Shown here piece after piece: positions 37,533-47,979 of a stretch of 64,000 nt of DNA (positions within the stretch are counted from its first letter, which is position 1; the number at the start of each line of letters is the position of its first letter). The notes below the pieces were generated by a model that was given only the letters and a program-made list of their open reading frames with translations, made no database searches and was not told where the DNA came from. Made by a program: the position numbers and the translations under genes. The DNA comes from Klebsiella phage KMI7: the sequence record MN101221.1. The stretch is one strand, 5' to 3'.

Positions 37533-40500
37533 ATGGTAGCTAAATCATTCCGCGCACGAAGTGGCCTTGATGCCGCTGGTGAAAAAGTTATCAACGTTGG
37601 GAAGGCTGATCGTAATACGCTGAGTGACGGCGTTAACGTTGACTTTTTCAATGAATTTAACGGAATCCAGCAGTATGACCCGACCCGTGGTTATTCTCAA
37701 GACATGGCGATCATTTATGCGCGTCGTATCTGGTACGCAAAACAGAATATTGCTTCCCCTGCTGGGGCTTTCGACGAATCCAAATGGATCGCAACTCGTA
37801 ATGACCCGAAATGGGTTTATAGTAACGTAACCACTCCAGACGGTAGCATTATTGAATCTGGTAGTTACATTATGGCTGATGGGCGCTTTACTGAACTTCT
37901 GTACCTGCTGCCGGACAACCCGACAGAGGGCGACGTAATCACGTTTAAAGATTGCGGTGGTTTAGTAGGTGTGAACAGTATCCTTGTTAAGTCTAACACC
38001 CGTCAAATCCGTTTACGTGCGGTACAATCGGCACAGTATAGACTGACCCACCCGTACATGATCGCAACGTTTATCTATAACGGTAACGTATGGCGTGTTG
38101 CTGAAACTCTGGACAACCGTGATTCTGAGATCGTGAACGCAACCGGAACAGGTTCATTCCAGTTACAATCTGGTATGACAGTTTTCCGTAACAGTGCTAC
38201 AGGTAAAATCACTCTCCAGTTGCCGAAATATGCAAATGATGGTGATGTGATCACAACCTATGACGCTGATAAAATGAACTCTATCAACGTAGCCGTGTTG
38301 CAGATTTATCCAGGTAGTGGACACACTATTTCTGATGGTGCAAGTACTGGTGTTACTTCGGTAACTAGCCAGAAATCCGGCTTTGGTATGTTCATTTTTG
38401 ATGCACAGAATAGCCAATGGAAAGTATATGATGCTGATAACCGTGTTCGTCTGCGTCGTATCTATAGTGATTTAAACGCAGTTCCTAACGATTACGTTTT
38501 TGTTACTGCAAACCCTTCTGGGACTATACCAAACGTTACAGTTACCCTTCCAACTGATGTTGCTGATGGTGATCGCGTTTACGTATCCCTTTACATGATG
38601 GGTAAAAACCAGAACTGTACAATCAAAGTTAAAGATGGTACAACGGACAAGATCCGCACCAACAAAAATATGATGAAGTTCCCGCAGCGCAAAGATTATC
38701 CGCCTGATGATTGGTTTAGTGTAACTTCATTAGCCTTTAATGCTGGTAGTGATTACCTCCCGTATATCGAGTTTTCTTATCTGAAAGCTACGAAAGAATG
38801 GGTTGTTGCTAATTATCGTCCAATCGTTGAACGTGTTGATGCAACGAACAGATCGCGTACTGGTGTTATTGCTCTTGCTGCACAGGCAGAAGTAAACAAA
38901 AACTTGGAAGATAACCCGAACGACGAAACCGCTATTACTCCGATGACGTTAGCAAATAAAACTGCTACTGAAACCCGTCGTGGTATTGCGCGTTTAGCAA
39001 CAACTGCCGAGGTTAACAAACTTTCAACCGATACCTATCTGGATGATGTGATTGTTACCCCTAAGAAGCTGAACGAAAGAACAGCAACTGAAACCCGTCG
39101 TGGGCTGGCAGAAATCGCAACTCAGGCAGAAACCAACGGAAGCACCGATGATATTACTATTGTAACCCCTAAAAAGTTGCATAACCGTATTGCATCGCCG
39201 ACCTTGACTGGTATCCTTGCCCTTGTTGCTACTGGTGGTGCTCCTAACACCAACACGGATCGTGCTCAGGCTGGTACTGGGGTTTATGATCATTCAGATT
39301 ATCAGAAAGCGGTAACGCCTAAAACTCTTCGTGAGTATAAAGCGACTCAGTTACAATCCGGTGCTGTATGGCTGGCTTCTGAAACCGAAGTTATTAACGG
39401 TACTGTTGCAAGTTCAAACATTCCGACCGTTGTTACTCCGGAAATGCTGCACAAGAAAACCTCTACTGATGGTCGTATTGGTTTGATCGAGATTGCTACC
39501 CAGGCAGAAACAAACGCAGGGACTGATTACACGCGAGCGGTAACGCCTAAAACGCTTAACGATCGTGCTGCAACGGAAACGCTGACAGGTATCATTGCAA
39601 TTGCAACCACTGCCGAAGTATCAGCAGGTACTGTAACGAATAAAGCGATCGTACCGTCTAAACTGAAAGGTTATCTGGACGATACAAGTCATATTACTGT
39701 TGCTACTGCTGACGGGTTAACTCAATCTGGTACTATCTGGACTACGGTTAACATCGGTATTCAATCAGCAACCGAAACTCAACGTGGTACTTTACGCGTT
39801 GCTACGCAGTCTGAGACGAACGCAGGGACATTAGATACAGTATTTGTCACCCCTAAGAAGTTACACGCTAAGAAAGCGACTGAGAGCGCAGAAGGTATCA
39901 TTCAGGTGGCTACGGCTGCTGAAACTACTGCTGGCACCGTTGCAAACAAGGCTGTTTCTCCTAAGAACTTGAAAAATACAATTCAGGTTGATACTTCATG
40001 GCAAGCTACCGATCTGGTACGTGGTACTGTGAAGCTGTCTAAGGGGCTTGGTACTTGGTCTGGTAATGATGTGGCTGGTTCTACTCTTCCGGATGATGGT
40101 TACGCCGCTGTAGGTGTTGCTGTTTCTCCGTATGAACTGAACTTAACACTGAAACACTATCTGCCGATCGGGGCTAAAGCGGTTGATGCTGACAAGCTGG
40201 ATAACCTGGATTCTTCCCAGTTCATTCGTCGTGATGTTGATCAGACGGTTAACGGGGCATTGACTCTAACGAAAGCAACCACTGTACAGGCTGACATTAA
40301 CTCAACCGCTGACGCAAGTTTCCGGGTAATGAATGTTAGTGGAGATCTGAACGTTGGTAACGGCTCTACGATGGGTAAACTTCGTTTGAATGGTGGATCA
40401 TCTAACGACTGGTCAATTCAAGCAAGTTCAGCCTCTGGGCGTATTGCAATGATCTCAACGGGTAACACTGGCACAGTTCATCTTTCTGTGTATAATGATA

Positions 40501-41306
40501 CTCGCGGCGTTGTCGCTAACGTTAAATTCCAGGCTCCTGAAATTCAGGCGATTAGCAAAGTGACTCTGGGTAATGATACAGTGATCACGGCTGCTGGTTC
40601 TGTTCTCTCTATGGGTACGAACAACAAGACAACTAAGATCCTAACTTCGGATGCTGGTAACATTTTGGCAGAAGAATCAGGGAACTCTTATAAAGTCTTT
40701 ACTGAGAAGAACGCGCAAACCTTGCTGAATCCTACGTATGTACGTAAAGCAGGTGATACGATGTCTGGACGGTTGACGATAAGCAACAGTTCAATTATCA
40801 TCGCAGGTCAAGCGGCTTGGTCAACGCTGGATGCAGTAACAGAAGCATCTAGGGGTAACTGGACGGCTGAGATCACAGCATCGGCGCAATACAACTTGCT
40901 CCCAGGTTATGCGGTTCCGGTTCTTGAACCAGACCCGATTAATCCGGATATCATGATTGTAACCCGTTATACCTATGTTAAAGCACCTGGTACTTTAACG
41001 CAGTTTGGTAACGGAACTGCATTCACTTATCAGATTTGGGCACCTCGTCCGACCTCTGGTACTGGTGTTAATGCGCTGGCGCAATCCTTCTGGATCCGTC
41101 AGATGAACCCAATCACAGGTAAATTTGACGAGTGGGGCCGCATGTATACGAGCAACAACCCGCCTACTGCTGGTGAGATTGGTGCAACGTCTGCTGTTGG
41201 TACTACGGTTAAAAACATGACTGTTACCGATTGGATCAAAGTTGGTAACGTTAGGATTTACCCAGATCCGGTTACTCAGACAGTTAAATTTGAGTGGGTG
41301 GCATAA
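37533..41306 (+). CDS. 34: long tail fibre proximal subunit gp34
   Basis: track ORF trimmed to ATG (MVAKSFRARSGLDAAGEKVINV...); collinear with T4 gp34 incl. repeated TATETRRGIA/TPKKL motifs and C-terminus VKFEWV. Confidence 0.95.
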   Translation: MVAKSFRARSGLDAAGEKVINVGKADRNTLSDGVNVDFFNEFNGIQQYDPTRGYSQDMAIIYARRIWYAKQNIASPAGAFDESKWIATRNDPKWVYSNVTTPDGSIIESGSYIMADGRFTELLYLLPDNPTEGDVITFKDCGGLVGVNSILVKSNTRQIRLRAVQSAQYRLTHPYMIATFIYNGNVWRVAETLDNRDSEIVNATGTGSFQLQSGMTVFRNSATGKITLQLPKYANDGDVITTYDADKMNSINVAVLQIYPGSGHTISDGASTGVTSVTSQKSGFGMFIFDAQNSQWKVYDADNRVRLRRIYSDLNAVPNDYVFVTANPSGTIPNVTVTLPTDVADGDRVYVSLYMMGKNQNCTIKVKDGTTDKIRTNKNMMKFPQRKDYPPDDWFSVTSLAFNAGSDYLPYIEFSYLKATKEWVVANYRPIVERVDATNRSRTGVIALAAQAEVNKNLEDNPNDETAITPMTLANKTATETRRGIARLATTAEVNKLSTDTYLDDVIVTPKKLNERTATETRRGLAEIATQAETNGSTDDITIVTPKKLHNRIASPTLTGILALVATGGAPNTNTDRAQAGTGVYDHSDYQKAVTPKTLREYKATQLQSGAVWLASETEVINGTVASSNIPTVVTPEMLHKKTSTDGRIGLIEIATQAETNAGTDYTRAVTPKTLNDRAATETLTGIIAIATTAEVSAGTVTNKAIVPSKLKGYLDDTSHITVATADGLTQSGTIWTTVNIGIQSATETQRGTLRVATQSETNAGTLDTVFVTPKKLHAKKATESAEGIIQVATAAETTAGTVANKAVSPKNLKNTIQVDTSWQATDLVRGTVKLSKGLGTWSGNDVAGSTLPDDGYAAVGVAVSPYELNLTLKHYLPIGAKAVDADKLDNLDSSQFIRRDVDQTVNGALTLTKATTVQADINSTADASFRVMNVSGDLNVGNGSTMGKLRLNGGSSNDWSIQASSASGRIAMISTGNTGTVHLSVYNDTRGVVANVKFQAPEIQAISKVTLGNDTVITAAGSVLSMGTNNKTTKILTSDAGNILAEESGNSYKVFTEKNAQTLLNPTYVRKAGDTMSGRLTISNSSIIIAGQAAWSTLDAVTEASRGNWTAEITASAQYNLLPGYAVPVLEPDPINPDIMIVTRYTYVKAPGTLTQFGNGTAFTYQIWAPRPTSGTGVNALAQSFWIRQMNPITGKFDEWGRMYTSNNPPTAGEIGATSAVGTTVKNMTVTDWIKVGNVRIYPDPVTQTVKFEWVA

Positions 41307-42430
41307 TGTCAAACTTAATGGCGGGGTTCGGCCCCGATTTTGTAGAAACGCAAATTCTATCGGAAACAAACAGCGTAACTTACAGAATAACCGCAAAGGC
41401 AACACATCCCAATGCGGTTCCTAATCAGTATGAGTTTACACTAAATCAAAAGGCGGTAGGGACACCGCCTAGTGTTGGGATCAACGTATGGAGAATTAAC
41501 AATGCTGTAGTTGATCCAATTAAAACCTTCACATTATCGAATGATAATTCATCGACCGCAAATAAAGCGTTTGTTGAATATATGGATGCTCAAACTTCTG
41601 GGCTGTATTTGATAATGACTAACGGTGAATACAAAACAAGTCAAATCGTTGATGATTGGTTTGCTAAAAACAGATCCGTTATGTGGCAAGGCGCTGATTT
41701 CGCTCAGAGATTCCCAAATTCTGCATATGTTGCATTGTATGGGGCCGCAAAATCTCGTATACTGATTGAATCGTTTTACGCAAACGATGGAGTTTTAAAA
41801 GAAGATTCACGCGCATCAATCGATCTTGTCTATGATAACGTTGGTGATGTTGGGCGAACTGGTGTACCTTTCCGATCTGTTGAAGATACGGAAGAATACA
41901 ATTCAACCAATGGATCTGAATATAAAGTATATCCTGTTGCAACCCCAGTAATCTCTAAACTGGCTGATTATGGTATGGCTCCTGGGTTAGCTATGATGAT
42001 TACTGGTGATTTTTACGCCAGCAAAGCATTATTGGATGCTGGATCAACAACAAGGGTTACTGTTCGATGGTTTACGGGTACTGCTCAAACTTCATCATCG
42101 GTGATTGAAGTTCCTGCAAATAAACCTGATGAGTGGTTACGATTTGAACAGTTCTATACGATCCCTAGTGGTTGTGATGGATTTAACGTTGCTGTATCTC
42201 GTTATCCTAAACCCGCTACGGATAGTTTATCTGCGATCCGTAACTTCGTGATGGTTCAGGTATCTGCTGCCGAAGCTGATCAAAACTTTGCTGCACAGTT
42301 TGGGGTTAACGGTATCAGAATGAACAACATGATCGATGGTGGAACACCGTATATATTTGAATTGCCGAATACTAAGGTTTATCCTGGTGGCGATTATTCT
42401 GCTTCCGAATTCCGTGAAGTTGATGCATAA
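41306..42430 (+). CDS. 35: long tail fibre hinge protein gp35
   Basis: ATG overlaps gp34 stop (TAATG; track start is an upstream GTG); size and position as T4 gp35. Confidence 0.8.
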   Translation: MSNLMAGFGPDFVETQILSETNSVTYRITAKATHPNAVPNQYEFTLNQKAVGTPPSVGINVWRINNAVVDPIKTFTLSNDNSSTANKAFVEYMDAQTSGLYLIMTNGEYKTSQIVDDWFAKNRSVMWQGADFAQRFPNSAYVALYGAAKSRILIESFYANDGVLKEDSRASIDLVYDNVGDVGRTGVPFRSVEDTEEYNSTNGSEYKVYPVATPVISKLADYGMAPGLAMMITGDFYASKALLDAGSTTRVTVRWFTGTAQTSSSVIEVPANKPDEWLRFEQFYTIPSGCDGFNVAVSRYPKPATDSLSAIRNFVMVQVSAAEADQNFAAQFGVNGIRMNNMIDGGTPYIFELPNTKVYPGGDYSASEFREVDA

Positions 42431-42434
42431 ACAA

Positions 42435-42457
42435 AGGCCCGGATCATCGGGCCTTAT
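42435..42457 (+). terminator. terminator hairpin GGCCCGGATCATCGGGCC followed by late promoter
   Basis: 6-bp GC stem; short T-run; TATAAATA at 42455-42462. Confidence 0.55.
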
Positions 42458-42479
42458 AAATATGTAAAAAGGGGTTATT

Positions 42480-43148
42480 ATGGCAGATTTAAAAGCTGGT
42501 TCTACAGTCGGGGGTTTACCTATTTGGCACTCCGGCACATTTCCGCTGGTTCCGGTTGGTAATACTCTAACCTATCGCGGATATAAGGTTTATACTGAAA
42601 ACGATAAACCGCAAGCATCAAATAACGACTTCGTTTCTAAAGCAAGCGGTGGTCAATATTTGGGTGTAGTTGCCTTTAAACAGGGGCTACAAATTAACGC
42701 TACTTTCACAGGCGGAAGTGACCAGAACGGTTTATATTCTGGTGATGGTGATGGTGCGACATTATCAAAAGCCAACATAGATCTTGTATCATGGTACGGT
42801 ATTGGTATTCGTTCATCTTCCGGAACTAATGGTCGCGTATTAGTCATCAACGCTCGAAATGGTGATTTAAACACTCAGGGTAATATCACGGTTGAAAAAC
42901 AAATCAGTATTACAACCGCTAACCCTACTGACGCAAGTCATGCAACACGAAAAAGTTATGTTGATGGTCAGATAAATACTGTCACAACAAATGCTAATAG
43001 CAGGGTATTACGCGCTGGCGATACAATGACAGGGCTATTAACTGCCCCGCAATTCGCGAGCACAGGCGCGGCTTCCCGTCCCGAACACGTACCACGGCTC
43101 GACCAGGTAATTACTAAAGGGACTATCATAGATTTTGGATCTTATTAA
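42480..43148 (+). CDS. 36: long tail fibre distal connector gp36
   Basis: 222 aa; MADLK.GST.GG...WH.G.FPL...G; C-terminus NANSRVLR.GDTMTG.LTAP.F matches T4 gp36. Confidence 0.9.
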   Translation: MADLKAGSTVGGLPIWHSGTFPLVPVGNTLTYRGYKVYTENDKPQASNNDFVSKASGGQYLGVVAFKQGLQINATFTGGSDQNGLYSGDGDGATLSKANIDLVSWYGIGIRSSSGTNGRVLVINARNGDLNTQGNITVEKQISITTANPTDASHATRKSYVDGQINTVTTNANSRVLRAGDTMTGLLTAPQFASTGAASRPEHVPRLDQVITKGTIIDFGSY

Positions 43149-43156
43149 GGTGAAAC

Positions 43157-46100
43157 ATGGCTGATTTAGCAAAAATTCAATTCCTACGTAGCACAGTTGC
43201 GGGGAAAACACCTACTACAAGTCAGCTTGCAGATGGTGAACTGGCGATCAACATGGCTGATTATGCCATTTACACGAAAAATGGTTCTTCGATCGTTCAG
43301 TTAGCGGGTAAAGGTATCCCAGAAACAAATACCAAAAAATTAACAGTAGATGGGCCTAGTGCTCTTAATGATACCGTTACCGTAGCGGAAGGTAAAACTA
43401 TTACTTTCACCAACGCGGATTTGAGCGGGGGTATGGTTCGTCATATCACTGGTAAAAACGCGCTTAACGATGGTTGGTACATCGGTTCTGGTGGTGAGAG
43501 CAATAAAGGGTTTTTAGAAATCGGTACAATTGATGACGGTGATGAAGAGATCCGTTTCGTTTCCCGTGGTTCTGGTGATACTGTTCGCCGTACTTTGAAA
43601 CTTATTGATTCCGGTGGTAATACTCGCGTACCAGGTAACATCTATATTGATAAAGCTATGGGCGGTGGTGGTTCTGCCTTTATTTCAAAAAATAAAGCAT
43701 ATTTCGGTGCTGGCGGTGCTGATATCTATATGCGTAACACTGCTGGCGGTGCAACAAATCAGTTAACGATCACTGATGGCGGTGAATTGCTGTTTCAAGC
43801 AAAACCTGTATACTGGGACGGTCGTAAACCGACTTTAACAGAATTGGGGATCGGGCGGGTTGAAAACGCGCGTCAGCTTGAGCAAGATAATTTCCCTGTA
43901 ACTACAGGCAACGAAACTCGTTGGATCAAAGTTGCTCTTTTAAAAGATCCGGCTTCCGGTCAGAGTCGCTTGCAACTGATGGTGACTAACGGCGGTAACT
44001 ATGGTTCTACGCGTAGTTCTATCGACTTTATCGATTGTACTGCTCGAAGCATTCCAGCAACATTAACAAGCGCAAACATTCGTTCTTACCTGCAAATTCG
44101 TCGAATCGGGGATCCAGCAATTGATAATACTAACCAGATGCGTTATAGCCTGGTTCGTACCTCCGAAGGTTTAGAACTGTGGTTTACTCAACGCGCGTTT
44201 ATTGGTGGTGTTAAAGTTGCTCTGCTGTCTATTGCTGGCGGTGCTGCTACTGAATATTATCTGCCTACTGGTTACACAACTTCTGCAACTGCTCCGGAAG
44301 GGTTAGTTGAGAGTGTGGCTATTCGTATCTATGACGAAATGAACAAGCCTAACCTTGACGATGGTACTGATGGTATTCTGTCTGTTGCTAAAGGTGGTAC
44401 AGGCGCAAGTACAGCGGCTGCTGCTCGCACAAACTTAGGTTTGGGTACTGCTGCAACCCGTGATGTTGGTACAGGATCCGGACAAGTAATGCTTGTTGGT
44501 GCTTACGGTTTAGGCGGTAAGGGTACATCATATAGCATCGCAAATGCTCGCGACTTCCTGAAACAACTGCGTACTGATGGTTCTCAGTTCATGCGAAATA
44601 CGCTTGGTACTGACGTTAACTATGGTATGGGCGCAAGTTTTTATAGTTCCGTATCAGATGTTCATGCAGTGATCTCGGTCGATTGGAATACTGGTCGCGT
44701 TAAAGTTGGTGCAACTAATGATACTAACCTTAACTCAGATACAGGAAGAATCAACTTCCAGGAACTGTACGGTACTGCATTTAAACCGACTCCAGATGAC
44801 GTAGGGGCTGTTGCTCGTACTGGTGATACGATGTCTGGTGATCTGACGATCTCGAAAACATCGCCTGGGTTCCATTTGAATGCTGTTAGTGGAAACGCTG
44901 TAATTTGGTTTAAAAATAACGGGGTTGAAAGTGGTGCTGTATGGGCGTTGCCTAACACTTCCTCTTCTGGTGAAGTTCGTATTCGTGCTAAAACGACTGG
45001 TGGAACAACTGGCGGTGAATTCTCGTTTAAATCAGACGGTACATTTACATCACCGGGTAATATTAACATCACATATGGTGCATTTAACGGTCGAACTGTT
45101 AATACATCTTATGCAAACTTTAATAACGCAAGTTCAACCACAACTGAAAACACTGTTACTATTAGTGGTTCGCAGCACACTCCGCTGTTACTGAATAGAC
45201 CGACTAACTCGAACTTGTCTATCGGGTTTAAACTTTCCGGAATGAACATGAAACGTTTGGGTATTGATCTAAACGGTGATATTCGTTACGGTGAAGCAGA
45301 AAACCAGACACAAAACTCATGGCTGTTGACTTCGGATACGATAAACAGATGGATTGTTAACTTCGGTCGTGATATTAACGTTGCAGGTGTGGTTAATTCA
45401 ACTGGTGGATTTACTGGCCCTGTTACTGCATATGATTTGACTGGGGTAACTCAGGATCTTAATAATTTAACATTGAACTATACCGAACCCGGCCATATTA
45501 AAGTTTATTCGTGCCGTAGTATGGGTGGCGGTGATAACATCACCAATAAACCTTCTGGCGTAGGTGGTAACTTTATTGTTATCGTTGAATGTCTCCGTAA
45601 AGTAAACGATACCGATTACACTAACCGTCAAGTATTACGTGCATCGGACAATAAACGCAGTTGGGAACGTTGGTTAACTGTTAGCGGTACTGCTAAAACC
45701 TGGACACCGTGGAGAATGAACGTTGTTAGCGGAAACGATGATGATGTATCATTTAAATCTGTTACCACGACTACAGGAAACCTGAACAGTGGAAACGATC
45801 TGATTGTTGCTAACAACGCTCGCGTAGGCGGCAACTTAGGGTTAGGTGGTGCTTCTTCCACGACGTACACTGATAAAGGTGTTGTGATTGGTAACGGTAG
45901 TGCTCTGTTAGAAAGTACTGATGGTCGCGTGATTATTGGTAGTTCTGGTGCTGGTCGTGCTGTTGAATTTCGTCCTGGTGGCCCAACTCAAACCAACAAC
46001 GGGATCAAAGTAACTGCTACCTCTGGAAGTGGTGGTGATACTGCGATCGAGTATGCACAAGGGGTGAAAATTCGTTCTAATGCCGCTGGTGCGTTGATTG

Positions 46101-47341
46101 TTTCTGCTAAAGCAGGACAAGCAATTTATCTGCGACCGCAAGGTGATACATCCAGCACAAACGAAACCCGTATTGATTCAAACGGTAGTATCACGATTAA
46201 CGGCAATATTAACGCTAACGGTACACTAACTTGTACTGGTGGTGCTGTTAACGGCGAACTTACTGTTAATAACGTTGGCCCGCTCCTGAAAAAAGGTATC
46301 CGAACTTACGCTGATGGTTCAGTTACAGTTAACGAAACTGACGGCATTAAGATGTTTGGCAACGGTACTATATCTGGTACTATGAGATTAGTTGAACGTG
46401 TTAACGATACTACGTTTATTGGTCTTCAAACATCGCTTAATGCAGATACCAACGGTTGGTTTGAGTTTCACCATAATGGGATGCTTCGAGCAAACCATGC
46501 GGAACTGACAACAGGTCTTCGTGTTAAAGGTTCTCCGATTGTTCAGCCAACAAGTGACAACAACGCCTGGGCGTCTATTAACTTTAGGCATACGGACGGT
46601 ACTACAAATCGTGGTATTTTGTTTGCTGATGCTGCTGGTAATATCGGGTTTAGTAATATAAACGGTAAAAACGTTATATGGAACACTGGTAACTACTTTA
46701 TCATTCAGCAAGGCGAACTGAACGTTGGTGTTAACAACGGTGGTACTGGAGAAAACAACGAAGACAGGAACAAAGCTAACTTCTACAACAAAGGTTCTAT
46801 TGATTGCGCAGGTACACGCGCGTATCAGGATGCCAACGCAGGAAACCGCTGGGTTCGTGAAGTTCGTGGCGTAAGACATCTTATGCAAGGAACCGACCTC
46901 GGTTCTGAGAATATATTTGTTGAACGTGTAGGCGAACGTCATTTCCATATGCTTCATGTGTTTGGGGCTAACAGTAACGGTTGGTTTGAATTCCGTAATA
47001 ATGGTGATATGTCGTGTAACGGTACGTTGTATGCGCAGGATGTCTATATAACTTCCGATAAACGACACAAACGTAATATCACTAAAGTTGAAAGCTCCGA
47101 AGAAATTTTGAGCAAAATGTCAGCTTATAATTACGAAGTTCGAGATCCTACAGCAGATGATGCATGGACGAAAGCAACGGGGCTTATTGCTCAGGAAGTT
47201 CAGGAAGTTCTTCCTACTGCTGTTGATGATTCAGATCCTGAACATATTCGCTTGAACTATAACGCGATTGTTGCGGTTCTGGTAGAACAGGTCAACAAGT
47301 TAACTGCTAAAGTTAATGAACTTGAAAGAAAACTTAATTAA
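43157..47341 (+). CDS. 37: long tail fibre distal subunit gp37 with C-terminal self-cleaving intramolecular chaperone domain (peptidase S74-like)
   Basis: N-terminus MADLAKIQF.RS..AG..P....LA.GELAIN as T4 gp37; C-terminal ~100 aa (YITSDKRHKRN...LIAQEVQEVLP...NYNAIVAVLVEQVNKL) match the IMC domain of endosialidases/T5 pb1. Confidence 0.9.
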   Translation: MADLAKIQFLRSTVAGKTPTTSQLADGELAINMADYAIYTKNGSSIVQLAGKGIPETNTKKLTVDGPSALNDTVTVAEGKTITFTNADLSGGMVRHITGKNALNDGWYIGSGGESNKGFLEIGTIDDGDEEIRFVSRGSGDTVRRTLKLIDSGGNTRVPGNIYIDKAMGGGGSAFISKNKAYFGAGGADIYMRNTAGGATNQLTITDGGELLFQAKPVYWDGRKPTLTELGIGRVENARQLEQDNFPVTTGNETRWIKVALLKDPASGQSRLQLMVTNGGNYGSTRSSIDFIDCTARSIPATLTSANIRSYLQIRRIGDPAIDNTNQMRYSLVRTSEGLELWFTQRAFIGGVKVALLSIAGGAATEYYLPTGYTTSATAPEGLVESVAIRIYDEMNKPNLDDGTDGILSVAKGGTGASTAAAARTNLGLGTAATRDVGTGSGQVMLVGAYGLGGKGTSYSIANARDFLKQLRTDGSQFMRNTLGTDVNYGMGASFYSSVSDVHAVISVDWNTGRVKVGATNDTNLNSDTGRINFQELYGTAFKPTPDDVGAVARTGDTMSGDLTISKTSPGFHLNAVSGNAVIWFKNNGVESGAVWALPNTSSSGEVRIRAKTTGGTTGGEFSFKSDGTFTSPGNINITYGAFNGRTVNTSYANFNNASSTTTENTVTISGSQHTPLLLNRPTNSNLSIGFKLSGMNMKRLGIDLNGDIRYGEAENQTQNSWLLTSDTINRWIVNFGRDINVAGVVNSTGGFTGPVTAYDLTGVTQDLNNLTLNYTEPGHIKVYSCRSMGGGDNITNKPSGVGGNFIVIVECLRKVNDTDYTNRQVLRASDNKRSWERWLTVSGTAKTWTPWRMNVVSGNDDDVSFKSVTTTTGNLNSGNDLIVANNARVGGNLGLGGASSTTYTDKGVVIGNGSALLESTDGRVIIGSSGAGRAVEFRPGGPTQTNNGIKVTATSGSGGDTAIEYAQGVKIRSNAAGALIVSAKAGQAIYLRPQGDTSSTNETRIDSNGSITINGNINANGTLTCTGGAVNGELTVNNVGPLLKKGIRTYADGSVTVNETDGIKMFGNGTISGTMRLVERVNDTTFIGLQTSLNADTNGWFEFHHNGMLRANHAELTTGLRVKGSPIVQPTSDNNAWASINFRHTDGTTNRGILFADAAGNIGFSNINGKNVIWNTGNYFIIQQGELNVGVNNGGTGENNEDRNKANFYNKGSIDCAGTRAYQDANAGNRWVREVRGVRHLMQGTDLGSENIFVERVGERHFHMLHVFGANSNGWFEFRNNGDMSCNGTLYAQDVYITSDKRHKRNITKVESSEEILSKMSAYNYEVRDPTADDAWTKATGLIAQEVQEVLPTAVDDSDPEHIRLNYNAIVAVLVEQVNKLTAKVNELERKLN

Positions 47342-47360
47342 GGGGCTTCGGCCCCTTTTC
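47341..47360 (+). terminator. rho-independent terminator AGGGGCTTCGGCCCCTTTT
   Basis: 6-bp GC stem, TTCG loop, T-run. Confidence 0.8.
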
Positions 47361-47372
47361 GGAGGTTAACTA

Positions 47373-47900
47373 ATGGCTATTTCCGGCCCACTAGTTGGAA
47401 GTTCGGCGGTTAATGAAACTGGACAACGATCCATGATTCAAGCTGCTGCCGTCGTTCGACTTGGAACCCCATTTTATATGTCTCAATTAATTGGGCGTAG
47501 CAAATGGCATTTTACTTTTGTTCCCCAGGAACGTTGGTATAACAACACTCGTTGGCGTGGTGTTTGGCGTAAGGGTGCTGATACTGGCGTATGGTATAAT
47601 ATTTCTGACTCTGATTATACTATCGTTGGTGATTATAATGGTAAGCAAATAGGTACTATTGGCGCTATCGGTGATTCAGCAGAAAACGTGTCTAACTTAA
47701 CAATCTATGACGGGCCAAATCGAAATGTACGCATTTTGTTTACCCGTGTAGATAACAATCAACAATGGACGTTTGATTTCAGGATATCAAGTTATATGCG
47801 TGATGGATTCAGAAACTATGACGCGATGAGTAAAGATTGGTATGGTTTCCTTAATGGTAACGTAGGTGTGACCATTTCTGGGATCATTACTGAGATTTAA
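47373..47900 (+). CDS. hypothetical protein in the gp38 (tail-fibre adhesin/assembly) slot, unrelated to T4 or T2 gp38
   Basis: 175 aa between gene 37 and holin t; Trp/Gly-rich; no glycine-rich GGxGG adhesin motifs and no similarity to T4 gp38. Confidence 0.45.
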   Translation: MAISGPLVGSSAVNETGQRSMIQAAAVVRLGTPFYMSQLIGRSKWHFTFVPQERWYNNTRWRGVWRKGADTGVWYNISDSDYTIVGDYNGKQIGTIGAIGDSAENVSNLTIYDGPNRNVRILFTRVDNNQQWTFDFRISSYMRDGFRNYDAMSKDWYGFLNGNVGVTISGIITEI

Positions 47901-47904
47901 TTTT

Positions 47905-47933
47905 TAAGGCTACCATACAGGTAGCCTTTTTTG
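47905..47933 (+). terminator. rho-independent terminator AGGCTACCATACAGGTAGCCTTTTTT
   Basis: 8-bp stem, T-run. Confidence 0.8.
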
Positions 47934-47979
47934 TTGTATCCTAAATATACCTATAGTAACCTAAGAAGAGTCTTATAAA

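Noticed and set aside
41322-41341. Terminator-like hairpin CGGGG-TTCGG-CCCCG plus ATTTT just inside the start of gene 35
   Set aside because: Only a 4-T run, and located in coding sequence at a junction where 34 and 35 are translationally coupled. Possibly a mild attenuator, but evidence is weak.
46388-47068. 226-aa ORF antisense to the 3' part of gene 37, and similar antisense ORFs inside 34, 37, rIIA, 39/60 and uvsW (e.g. 14421-14813, 44662-45072, 52734-53300, 57538-57837)
   Set aside because: All are shadows of long confidently assigned genes with skewed composition and no initiation signals.
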